IMG/VR virus record: IMGVR_UViG_3300027733_000053
DNA from: an uncultured virus (IMG/VR IMGVR_UViG_3300027733_000053)
Lineage: Duplodnaviria > Heunggongvirae > Uroviricota > Caudoviricetes > Crassvirales
Direction: 5' to 3' (one strand)
Length of the DNA stretch: 20,000 nt
Position 1 is the stretch's first letter. Each line of letters begins with the position of its first letter. Both the position numbers and the translations under genes were made by a program. The notes under the pieces are model-generated. The model was not told the origin of the DNA. It did no database searches and saw nothing but the letters and a program-made list of their open reading frames with translations. Shown here piece after piece: positions 7,706 through 14,843 of this stretch.

Positions 7706-7726
7706 TAAACAAACAAAACTAATATG
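7706..7726 (+). repeat. Gene-junction repeat copy 4
   Basis: TAAACAAACAAAACTAATATG, identical to 6146-6166. Confidence 0.8.
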
Positions 7727-8005
7727 AAAAGAAAAATATCGGATATAGAATTGTGGAAATTACTTCTGATATTTCTTTCAGCAGTTATGCTTGAAATAAC
7801 GGGAGTGGCGAGAATCAGGTTCCTAGTTGATAGAAATTCTTTTGGGATGGCGTTTATGGTGTTCTTAAACCCTTTCTTATGTTTGCTTATGAGTCATTAC
7901 ACCATCGAGGCGAAGACAATTAAACAAAGAACATTGATTGCATTTGCATTTGCCCTAGGGTTTTCAGCGGGTGCGATAATTTCTAATATGTTTTTATATG
8001 AATAA
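7724..8005 (+). CDS. Small membrane protein (about 3 TM helices)
   Basis: 93 aa with three hydrophobic segments. Confidence 0.7.
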   Translation: MKRKISDIELWKLLLIFLSAVMLEITGVARIRFLVDRNSFGMAFMVFLNPFLCLLMSHYTIEAKTIKQRTLIAFAFALGFSAGAIISNMFLYE

Positions 8006-8013
8006 AAAATAAT

Positions 8014-8021
8014 TATATTTG
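8014..8021 (+). promoter_or_regulatory. Bacteroidota -7 promoter element upstream of the RNA cluster
   Basis: TATATTTG followed by CA, immediately before the structured region. Confidence 0.6.
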
Positions 8022-8025
8022 CAAA

Positions 8026-8096
8026 ACGCTGGTGAGGTAAGCGTGGCAACAGAATGTCTCATTCATGTTATATTGTAACATGTTGTAAAGGTTGCT
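8026..8096 (+). ncRNA. Candidate structured RNA/leader upstream of the tRNA-like genes
   Basis: ACGCT/AGCGT hairpin; GGCAAC/GTTGCT stem enclosing GAATG/CATTC and CATGTTA/TAACATG hairpins. Confidence 0.4.
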
Positions 8097-8099
8097 GAT

Positions 8100-8203
8100 A
8101 GTCAGGTGGCGGAATGGTAGACGCTAAAATAACAAGTGGACAGCGTGCCATTGGGGAAGGGCCAAGAAAGTTACGCATGCAGGTTCGATTCCTGTCCTGA
8201 CTA
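8100..8203 (+). tRNA. tRNA-like RNA 1 (Leu-type D arm, no canonical anticodon arm, 104 nt)
   Basis: Acceptor AGTCAGG/CCTGACT, D arm GCG-GAATGGTAGA-CGC, T arm GCAGG-TTCGATT-CCTGT; 53-nt central region with no 5-bp/7-nt anticodon arm. Confidence 0.75.
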
Positions 8204-8219
8204 CAAAAATAGACATTAT

Positions 8220-8305
8220 GGTCAAATGGTGTAAGTGGGAATAAATACCACCTAGGATAACAGCTCTGAGAAAGAGAGATGCAGGTTCGAATCCTGCTTT
8301 GACCA
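8220..8305 (+). tRNA. tRNA-like RNA 2 (no canonical anticodon arm, 86 nt)
   Basis: Acceptor GGTCAAA/TTTGACC, D stem GTGT/ATAC, T arm GCAGG-TTCGAAT-CCTGC; centre has only a CTCT/AGAG hairpin. Confidence 0.7.
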
Positions 8306-8314
8306 CTAAAACAT

Positions 8315-8737
8315 TTAATGCTTAATCAAAGCTGTCAATCCAATATATCCAGCCTCAATTACAACGAATCCTCCAACAATAATAAACCCTGTCTTAAATA
8401 AGCGTCTGCTTCTTAACACCTTGTGAAGTTGTCCTTCTAGATACACCTTATCTGATTGGCAATTTTGGTTCTGCTTGATGTGTAGGTTGATCTCTTCTTG
8501 ACGGGCTGATACCTCGTAACGCAATTCAGTAGCTTCCTGTTGCAAGGCACCTATCTGTTTATCCTTTAGGACAATGGTTAGCTCCTGCTCCTGAACGGTG
8601 TAAGATTGAATGATAACGAAGTTAGCCTGTGCTGGTGATAGACACTGAAGGCTATCGTACATTATGACTTGCGAAGAGAGAGTCGAGTGCGTGATTACGC
8701 TGAGAATTAGTATAACGAGGCACCTTAGCTTTTTCAT
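8315..8737 (-). CDS. Spanin-like partner: signal peptide, coiled coil and C-terminal TM helix, no lipobox
   Basis: Last gene of the lysis cassette, overlaps the upstream gene by 86 nt in another frame. Confidence 0.55.
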   Translation of the reverse strand: MKKLRCLVILILSVITHSTLSSQVIMYDSLQCLSPAQANFVIIQSYTVQEQELTIVLKDKQIGALQQEATELRYEVSARQEEINLHIKQNQNCQSDKVYLEGQLHKVLRSRRLFKTGFIIVGGFVVIEAGYIGLTALIKH

Positions 8738-8996
8738 TTTTATATTTTATATGGATTAAAGAATCTATTCTTTTGTACTCATTTACTGCATTTAAGCAAC
8801 TATCTGCTAATCTATGGTAGTTATCACCTAAAGCCTTCTTTTCTGCTATCTGAGACGTTAAAATGCTGTCTCTTTGAGATGTTAATCGTTTTACTTCTTC
8901 CTGGTTATCAACCTTCGTGTTTCGAAATGCTAACCAAAGCAATATTACAATAACACAAACGTAAATTAAGTCTCTAAGGCTGAACGTTATTTTCAT
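8652..8996 (-). CDS. i-spanin (Rz)-like protein
   Basis: N-terminal TM helix then helical periplasmic domain; follows endolysin and holin. Confidence 0.6.
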   Translation of the reverse strand: MKITFSLRDLIYVCVIVILLWLAFRNTKVDNQEEVKRLTSQRDSILTSQIAEKKALGDNYHRLADSCLNAVNEYKRIDSLIHIKYKNEKAKVPRYTNSQRNHALDSLFASHNVR

Positions 8997-9240
8997 CTTT
9001 TTTTTCTATTTTACTTCCCTTTATAAATTCTATTAACTGTTGAACAGTAACCATTCCTAAGCATACTCCCGCAAATAATAACCACACCCCAAGCATTGTT
9101 GAAGCATTATCTTTATCTGTTTTATTGATAGTGATAAACCCTGACATAATAACGATAGCATAGAAGGCAGAAAGCTTCCTTGCGGATGACCCATCCTTAT
9201 CGGATGTAAATGATTTTGATATCCAGTTAATTAATTTCAT
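8974..9240 (-). CDS. Putative holin (2 TM)
   Basis: SSARKLSAF motif, two hydrophobic helices, charged C-tail, adjacent to the endolysin. Confidence 0.7.
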   Translation of the reverse strand: MKLINWISKSFTSDKDGSSARKLSAFYAIVIMSGFITINKTDKDNASTMLGVWLLFAGVCLGMVTVQQLIEFIKGSKIEKKDENNVQP

Positions 9241-9244
9241 GCTG

Positions 9245-9742
9245 TTAATTTAAGCTAAGGTATCCAACCTGTTTATTAGCTACCTGTTTCTTATGCAACT
9301 CTTGCAATTGAACAATAGAGTAGCCAAATGTTTTTTGGAAGTGTGGCATATCTGGGAAAGTTGCCCATGAACCACCCCATTCCCATCCGTATCTTTTAAA
9401 GATAGACACAATCTCTTGCCAGTCACTCTTTTGATCTCCATCAAAATCGTTTTTCGTATCCCAAGAAGCTGTCTCATAGCTTCCGTTATTATCTTTATCA
9501 ATAAGCAAAACTATATCAATAGCTAAGCCATAATTATGATACGATTGTCCTCCCTTAGCGTTTGTAATCTTAGGTTTTTGAAGGTATAATGCATCCTGCT
9601 CCGCGAAAGTTCTAAGTGTATAAGCAAAACGACACATCGCCTTGCCTGTTAGTGCTTGACAAATTTCAGTGTAAATAGCTTTTGCTTCATCCCTTAACTT
9701 AGGGTGCAATAGCTCTATTCTGTCAAGAGTTATTTTATCCAT
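9245..9742 (-). CDS. Endolysin, peptidase M15 (L-Ala-D-Glu peptidase-like)
   Basis: RTFAEQDALY, SYHNYGLAID, WGGSW...D.PHFQ zinc-peptidase motifs. Confidence 0.92.
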   Translation of the reverse strand: MDKITLDRIELLHPKLRDEAKAIYTEICQALTGKAMCRFAYTLRTFAEQDALYLQKPKITNAKGGQSYHNYGLAIDIVLLIDKDNNGSYETASWDTKNDFDGDQKSDWQEIVSIFKRYGWEWGGSWATFPDMPHFQKTFGYSIVQLQELHKKQVANKQVGYLSLN

Positions 9743-9746
9743 TTTT

Positions 9747-9974
9747 TTAGTGTTTGAACAACCACGACCAAAAAGCCGTTAACCCGAATCCTACTAAACC
9801 GAAAAATGTATAAGCTACCGCTTGAGTGTTGTCGTGTTTGTCGACCTTCTTAGAGATGTTGTCTATCTCTGTTCTATGCTGCTCTTGGTGAATCATCACC
9901 TTTGCGTAGTCAACCTTTATATCTTGTACAATCTCGTATATCTTATCGAGTTTAGCTTCTTGTGCAGGACTCAT
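9747..9974 (-). CDS. XhlA/holin-like protein (coiled coil + C-terminal TM)
   Basis: 75 aa; heptad region then hydrophobic C-terminus; directly upstream of the endolysin. Confidence 0.6.
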   Translation of the reverse strand: MSPAQEAKLDKIYEIVQDIKVDYAKVMIHQEQHRTEIDNISKKVDKHDNTQAVAYTFFGLVGFGLTAFWSWLFKH

Positions 9975-9975
9975 T

Positions 9976-10137
9976 TTATTCTTCTTTTACAGGTTCAATA
10001 ACTGCAGGTTCCAACTGAGGAGCTGCTTGTGTATTTAACTTAGAAACAAGACTAGCAACCTCTTCGAAAGGAAGTTTACCTAACCCTCTTAAAAGTGTGT
10101 TCGCCTCGTCTATTGTTAATGTGAATGTCAATTCCAT
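9976..10137 (-). CDS. Small conserved-type phage protein (53 aa; start at ATG 10137)
   Basis: MELTFTLTIDEANTLLRGLGKLPFEEVASLV; the ORF-track TTG start at 10161 overlaps the promoter box. Confidence 0.7.
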   Translation of the reverse strand: MELTFTLTIDEANTLLRGLGKLPFEEVASLVSKLNTQAAPQLEPAVIEPVKEE

Positions 10138-10158
10138 AGTATGTTGTTTTAGTTTATA

Positions 10159-10191
10159 CAAATATAGTTATAAACCGTAATTGTTTACAAT
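10159..10191 (-). promoter_or_regulatory. Bacteroidota promoter for the lysis cassette
   Basis: - strand TATATTTG (10166-10159) with ATTG 21 nt upstream. Confidence 0.65.
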
Positions 10192-10202
10192 TCTATAACA
10201 AA

Positions 10203-10394
10203 TTAATTCTGAAAGTCAGATGGTACGTCTATAAAAACAGCATATCCCCCGTCAAATTGAATAGTATTGCCTACGATTTCAGCATTCGGAAGTTCTTCTG
10301 CTCTGTCAATAATAAATTGATTTATATCATCAGTTAATTGACTTATGCCCATGTTTTCAGGCTTGCTAGGTGCGTTAAAATAGATTAGTTTCAT
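10203..10394 (-). CDS. Hypothetical protein
   Basis: 63-aa ORF directly after the tail-fibre gene. Confidence 0.65.
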   Translation of the reverse strand: MKLIYFNAPSKPENMGISQLTDDINQFIIDRAEELPNAEIVGNTIQFDGGYAVFIDVPSDFQN

Positions 10395-10400
10395 AGTTAT

Positions 10401-12047
10401 TTATTGAATTACATGATAATGCCAAGCATAAGCAGTAGCTGCAACTAAACCTGTGCTACCTGCTGTTATTATAAATGTTGATGTTCCACTTGAAGTATAT
10501 ACCATTGTTACACCACTTAATAATGCTGTTGCTGCATTTGCAGGACTTAATAGAACTATTGGTGCTGTTGAATAGGCTGTATTGAAAGTAACAGTTAAAA
10601 CTATTGCTCCTGCTGTTGGAAGTGTTCCTGTTGTTACTAATACATCGCCACTTAAATCTGTTGCATTTGTACTAAAAGTTACTGCTGATGGTGTTGTTCC
10701 TGCTCCTGTTCCTACTACTCCTGTTGGTGCTGTTGTAGTACCTGCTAAATGTTTTATCTTTGTGTTTGTACCATCAAATCTTACATCACCTGCCTGAGCC
10801 CAAATGGAATAGGAGTTAGTAATTAATGCACTTGTTCCTGCGATTGGTGCAGCAGTTACTGCTAATGTAGCAGCGTTTGTTATGGTTGATACTGATACAA
10901 ATGAATATGTTGGTGCATTAATTACTGCAAATCTTTGAGTTGTTAAAGCACCAGTTGCGTGTTGAATAGTAGCTGTTGCAATATCAAATGATTTTTGTTC
11001 AGTTGATAGTGTTTGATTTGTGTTTGATGAAGGATTAAATTGAAAACTTGTTAATGCTCCCGAAGCAGTTGAAACATTTGATGATGATGTAGTTCCATTT
11101 GTTATACTCATCCTATTTGAACCGTTAATACTAAATATTAAACCATTTCCATTTAATATTGTGTTTCCACTATTAGCACTTCCAACCTTTAAAATATAGT
11201 TTGTTGCTGTTGGAGCGGTTACTTGGTCATTGAATAAAAATATACAAGGGTCAGCAGCAGTTGCAGTAGCTTGTCTAAATATTAAACTACCTGTTCCATC
11301 ATTAACCCTTACTGCACCACTTTGTGACCAAATAGAATAAGCATTGGTTATGGTTGCATTACTTCCAGCAATAGGTGCTGCTGTTACTGCTAAAGTTGCA
11401 GCACTTGTTATTGTACTTGCAGAAACAAATGAAAAAGTAGGAGCAGATATAAGATTCTCTCTTTGAGTAGTTATTGCTCCTGTTGCCCATTGGCGAGTTC
11501 CTGAATTAATTACAAAACCCGAAATTTCAGTAGATAATGTTTGATTTGTATTAGCAGGATTTGTAAATACAAATGAAGATGATGCACCACTTGTCTGAAC
11601 AGCATTATTGAATGCTAAATTACCACTACTACCTATAACTTTTGGAGTAGTAATGTCAGTTAAAAATATTGGAGATGTCATTGTCTTTGCACCTGCAAAT
11701 GTTTGACTTCCTGTTGTTATAACGCCTCTAGCTGTTGCACTTGCATCAGGTAAGTTAAATGTATGTGTTGTTCCTGTAGAACCGATTGCAAAGTCTGTCC
11801 CTGTAGTTCCTGTAGTTAATGTTTGAACTGCTCCTGTAAGAGCATTCAGTGATGTAATAGCTGTTGTTAAATATGTAGAGTTATCATAACTAATTGTTGT
11901 ACCACTAGCTTTTACAAATCCCACTCCATTAAGTTGAGGTTGGGCATAACTCTTTACAGCCTTCTGTGAAGGGACAAGTAGATCACTATCTGCTGCTAAT
12001 AGTGGATCTGTATCTATTGGTACTCCTCTTGTTGTTCCTTGTGCCAT
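10401..12047 (-). CDS. Tail fibre/receptor-binding-like protein with internal ~95-aa duplication
   Basis: T/G/A/S-rich; [28 protein letters not shown] fibre motif; repeated NTNQTLSTE...[13 protein letters not shown]...YSIW. Confidence 0.75.
   Translation of the reverse strand: MAQGTTRGVPIDTDPLLAADSDLLVPSQKAVKSYAQPQLNGVGFVKASGTTISYDNSTYLTTAITSLNALTGAVQTLTTGTTGTDFAIGSTGTTHTFNLPDASATARGVITTGSQTFAGAKTMTSPIFLTDITTPKVIGSSGNLAFNNAVQTSGASSSFVFTNPANTNQTLSTEISGFVINSGTRQWATGAITTQRENLISAPTFSFVSASTITSAATLAVTAAPIAGSNATITNAYSIWSQSGAVRVNDGTGSLIFRQATATAADPCIFLFNDQVTAPTATNYILKVGSANSGNTILNGNGLIFSINGSNRMSITNGTTSSSNVSTASGALTSFQFNPSSNTNQTLSTEQKSFDIATATIQHATGALTTQRFAVINAPTYSFVSVSTITNAATLAVTAAPIAGTSALITNSYSIWAQAGDVRFDGTNTKIKHLAGTTTAPTGVVGTGAGTTPSAVTFSTNATDLSGDVLVTTGTLPTAGAIVLTVTFNTAYSTAPIVLLSPANAATALLSGVTMVYTSSGTSTFIITAGSTGLVAATAYAWHYHVIQ
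10779..11590 (-). repeat. Two diverged copies of a ~285-bp coding repeat (approx. 11305-11590 and 10779-11061)
   Basis: Peptide-level duplication visible in the 548-aa protein; boundaries approximate. Confidence 0.8.
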
Positions 12048-12060
12048 TTTTTTATTTTTA

Positions 12061-13302
12061 TTATCTACTTATTTCTTCCCAATCCATTGATGCAAATGTA
12101 GTTTCATTATTTGTTCCTGCTGCTAAAATTACTGTAAACTCATAAGGAGTTCCTGTTAATCCATCTCTTTCTAATTGATTACTAAAAAGTGCTGCTCTTA
12201 ATATATCAACAGATACACTTGTACTTGCTGTAGCTGTAAAATAACCTGATGCTAAAATTCTACCTCCTGTAAAAGATGTTCCTGTTAAATTATATTCTAC
12301 AGAAGAATTTGTTCCTGCACTTACCCATGAACCACCTGTTGTTGTTCCTGCTGTTACTACTTGCCAATTATAATTAGCTGCTGTATTACCTATTATAGAA
12401 ATAGCAGTAGCTACAGCTATAGCATCTAATCTTGTTGATTTAAGTTTTATAGAAACTATAGGATAAAATGTACCTGCTGTTGTTAAAGTTTTAGGAGAAG
12501 TTATTGGTGTACCTACAGCTTGTTGTAATCCACGAAGTTCATATCCTCCTTCAGATAATACAGTAGAACATATTTGTTTTAATGTACTAGTCCCACTTGT
12601 AGCACCTGTGTTTGTTATTTCATATCTTAATGGTAATGAAGCTGTAGTAATATATGTAGATGTAATTAAGTTTGCATGTTGGAATTTATGACAAACATAA
12701 AAGTTACCATCTATAACAAAGCCCATTCTAACTGTTCCTACACCTAACCACTCAAGATCCATAAAAAGAATCTGAGCTTTTGTAAGATCAAGAGTGATGC
12801 CACTAGCACCTGAACCATTCATAGGATCAACATTCCAACTTGCTTGAGTAACAGGTGTATCTACTAATGCTCCTGAAACAGAAGTTCTTTCAACAAAACT
12901 TACTGTACTACCATTCTGTTCTAAATAATAACCATTAGCTGCTCCATAATATCCAACTCTTTGTCTAAGATTTGTTTTAGCAGCATTCATTACAAATGTA
13001 GATAGTACAAGAAGACTTTTACCAGGTTGATATGAAAATATTTTTGTAGTTTCTCTAACAACCTCAGAACCTGAAGCTGCTGTTACAGCTAAATCAACTA
13101 GTCCTTGACTAGAATTAAATGTAGCAGTGCCTCCTGTAGCAGTGGCTGTAGACCATAATCCATTATCTGCAAATCTATGACTAGAGTCAAACAATGTAAA
13201 TGGTGTACTAACTCTCAGTCTTCCAAATGCATCTATGTTTGGAGAGTTTGCATATGAGATAGCTGGGCTTATTATACTATATCCTGAATAATTTTGTGCC
13301 AT
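12061..13302 (-). CDS. Virion structural protein (beta-rich, possible lectin-like tail component)
   Basis: [35 protein letters not shown] motifs recognised from aquatic phage structural proteins. Confidence 0.65.
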   Translation of the reverse strand: MAQNYSGYSIISPAISYANSPNIDAFGRLRVSTPFTLFDSSHRFADNGLWSTATATGGTATFNSSQGLVDLAVTAASGSEVVRETTKIFSYQPGKSLLVLSTFVMNAAKTNLRQRVGYYGAANGYYLEQNGSTVSFVERTSVSGALVDTPVTQASWNVDPMNGSGASGITLDLTKAQILFMDLEWLGVGTVRMGFVIDGNFYVCHKFQHANLITSTYITTASLPLRYEITNTGATSGTSTLKQICSTVLSEGGYELRGLQQAVGTPITSPKTLTTAGTFYPIVSIKLKSTRLDAIAVATAISIIGNTAANYNWQVVTAGTTTGGSWVSAGTNSSVEYNLTGTSFTGGRILASGYFTATASTSVSVDILRAALFSNQLERDGLTGTPYEFTVILAAGTNNETTFASMDWEEISR

Positions 13303-13305
13303 ATA

Positions 13306-13635
13306 TTAACTTATTTCTGTACCCCACACCTGAAATGATAGGCTACTGTTTCCTGAATAAACTCTAATTACATCTGTTGTTGCTAATGTTACACCTATTG
13401 TAGCAATGAATGTATCATTACCTGCTAATGTAACATCATAGTAAAGATAGTCTTTATTTGCTGTAGCTCCACCAGCAGCAGATATAGATACCCTAAATGT
13501 AGTTTGTGTAGCTCCTCTATTGCATATAGAAAGAGAACTACATACAGAAGATGTAGCTGCTGGAACAGTGTAAAGAGCTGTTTCTGTTGTTGCTGAAGGA
13601 CTAACTTGTCCTAATATTTTATATACGTTTGCCAT
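13306..13635 (-). CDS. Small beta-sandwich virion structural protein
   Basis: YKILGQ..P.ATT.T.LYTVP...SL.ICN...G.TL...D.I.V...SF...G.EI pattern. Confidence 0.65.
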   Translation of the reverse strand: MANVYKILGQVSPSATTETALYTVPAATSSVCSSLSICNRGATQTTFRVSISAAGGATANKDYLYYDVTLAGNDTFIATIGVTLATTDVIRVYSGNSSLSFQVWGTEIS

Positions 13636-13637
13636 AA

Positions 13638-14285
13638 TTATGCTCCCATTAATAAAAAGTTTTGTTCAAACCCTACAGATTGTGCTGTAGCATTAAGTGT
13701 TCCTGCAGATAGAGAAAGTCCTGTACCAATACTAATCTCTTCCATTATACCTGTCCCTGCAGTACTTCTACCGACAAGCTTATTGGTATTCATAGAGGTG
13801 GTAATTGTACCACTTGATGTTATAGGCCCGCCCGATATAAGACCTGTTGTGCCTACCGAAGTAACAGTACCTCCTGAAGCTAACGTTGTGTACTCTAATG
13901 CTGTACCCCCTGAGTTAACGCTTAACACTTGGTATGGTGTTCCTAAGGTAGATAAACCTGTTCCCCCTCTGTCGAAAGCTAGAGTGCCTGTCCATCCTAA
14001 CGTCATCGAAACGCTTTTTAACAAGGCAGATGACGGTGTACCACTAAGAGTCATCGTCACGTTTGTGTCGTCTGTACTAGTTAATGGTGATGGTATGATT
14101 AATTGGTTTACTACCGCAGTAGTCTTGATGACGAAGTTGTCTGTTACCCATTTAAGAGTGCCGTCTATCTGTCCGCGATATAGCGTACCGATTCCTTGCC
14201 CCTTATCGATTATATAATCAGCTCCACTTGTAGCGTGTCTACGTTGTTGTATTAACGCTAAATCTTCTGCTGTATATATTGCCAT
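13638..14285 (-). CDS. Tail fibre-like structural protein
   Basis: GGTGLSTLG, GTVTSVG..G.ISGGPITSSGTI and GTGLSLSAGTL fibre motifs; ends FLLMGA. Confidence 0.7.
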   Translation of the reverse strand: MAIYTAEDLALIQQRRHATSGADYIIDKGQGIGTLYRGQIDGTLKWVTDNFVIKTTAVVNQLIIPSPLTSTDDTNVTMTLSGTPSSALLKSVSMTLGWTGTLAFDRGGTGLSTLGTPYQVLSVNSGGTALEYTTLASGGTVTSVGTTGLISGGPITSSGTITTSMNTNKLVGRSTAGTGIMEEISIGTGLSLSAGTLNATAQSVGFEQNFLLMGA

Positions 14286-14298
14286 GAAATAAAATTAA

Positions 14299-14781
14299 TT
14301 ATTTACATGTTAAAACAAGCATTGTAGTTCCTGAAGCGTCAACGATTATAGGATCGATAAAATCTCTCGTAGAACTTGTTGTACGGCTATCTTTTGAAAA
14401 TGTAATAGATGCTCCCTTAGGGAAAACCTTACCATCAACAACACCCGCTGCTGCTGCTGTAGCAAGTATAGAAACGGAAATTGTAGAAATGTTTGTATCT
14501 GACTCAACGATAACAGATGGAGCAGCTGAAGCTAATGATGTAGTGAAAGCCTTGTCTATGTAAGCAAGTGTGTCACTATCAACACGAACAACTTTTCTAA
14601 TCTCATCGTGAGCTAAGTCTACAAGCCAAGAACCTGCTCTCATCTCTGATAAAAACTTTGTACCTGTACCAGTTACTGCAGTTCCTGCTGTGATGCATAG
14701 TCCTGTCTTAGTACCTGCTGCAGGAACAGTTTGATGTCCTGAAATGTAATCGTATGTAGAATTCTTGTAGTTCGTTGCCAT
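14299..14781 (-). CDS. Virion structural/tail protein
   Basis: AVTGTGTKF.SE...G motif typical of tail-fibre/adapter beta domains. Confidence 0.6.
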   Translation of the reverse strand: MATNYKNSTYDYISGHQTVPAAGTKTGLCITAGTAVTGTGTKFLSEMRAGSWLVDLAHDEIRKVVRVDSDTLAYIDKAFTTSLASAAPSVIVESDTNISTISVSILATAAAAGVVDGKVFPKGASITFSKDSRTTSSTRDFIDPIIVDASGTTMLVLTCK

Positions 14782-14800
14782 GAGAAGAGTTTATTTTAAA

Positions 14801-14808
14801 CAAATATA
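14801..14808 (-). promoter_or_regulatory. Bacteroidota -7 promoter element for the tail genes
   Basis: - strand TATATTTG about 20 nt upstream of the ATG at 14781. Confidence 0.6.
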
Positions 14809-14843
14809 ATTACTTATTTAGAATGATTATAAACTACTCTAAA

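Noticed and set aside
6146..7726. CRISPR array or integron attC sites
   Set aside because: Repeats are non-palindromic, spaced by whole genes of variable length, and no cas or integrase gene is in the window.
8029..8100. Hammerhead ribozyme (CTGGTGA/CTGATA resemble CUGANGA)
   Set aside because: No correctly placed GAAA core or three-stem hammerhead topology.
8245..8262. CTA (amber suppressor) anticodon in tRNA-like 2 and stop-codon recoding
   Set aside because: CTA is not in a 7-nt loop closed by a 5-bp stem, and genes read full length in the standard code.
8124..8306. 60-aa minus-strand ORF
   Set aside because: Antisense shadow of the tRNA-like elements (GFEPA/GIEPA peptides are the reverse complement of T arms).
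8204..8315. Theta/HDV-like ribozymes in the tRNA trailers
   Set aside because: Trailers are only about 16 and 10 nt and AT-rich, leaving no room for the pseudoknot.
10779..11590. DGR template/variable repeat pair
   Set aside because: Both copies are in-frame in one gene, diverged at all base types, and no reverse transcriptase is visible.
13783..14217. 144-aa plus-strand ORF, and similar antisense ORFs at 10582, 15277, 17158, 17407, 18767 and in the left arm
   Set aside because: Shadows of real genes on the opposite strand, mostly with non-ATG starts and no motifs.
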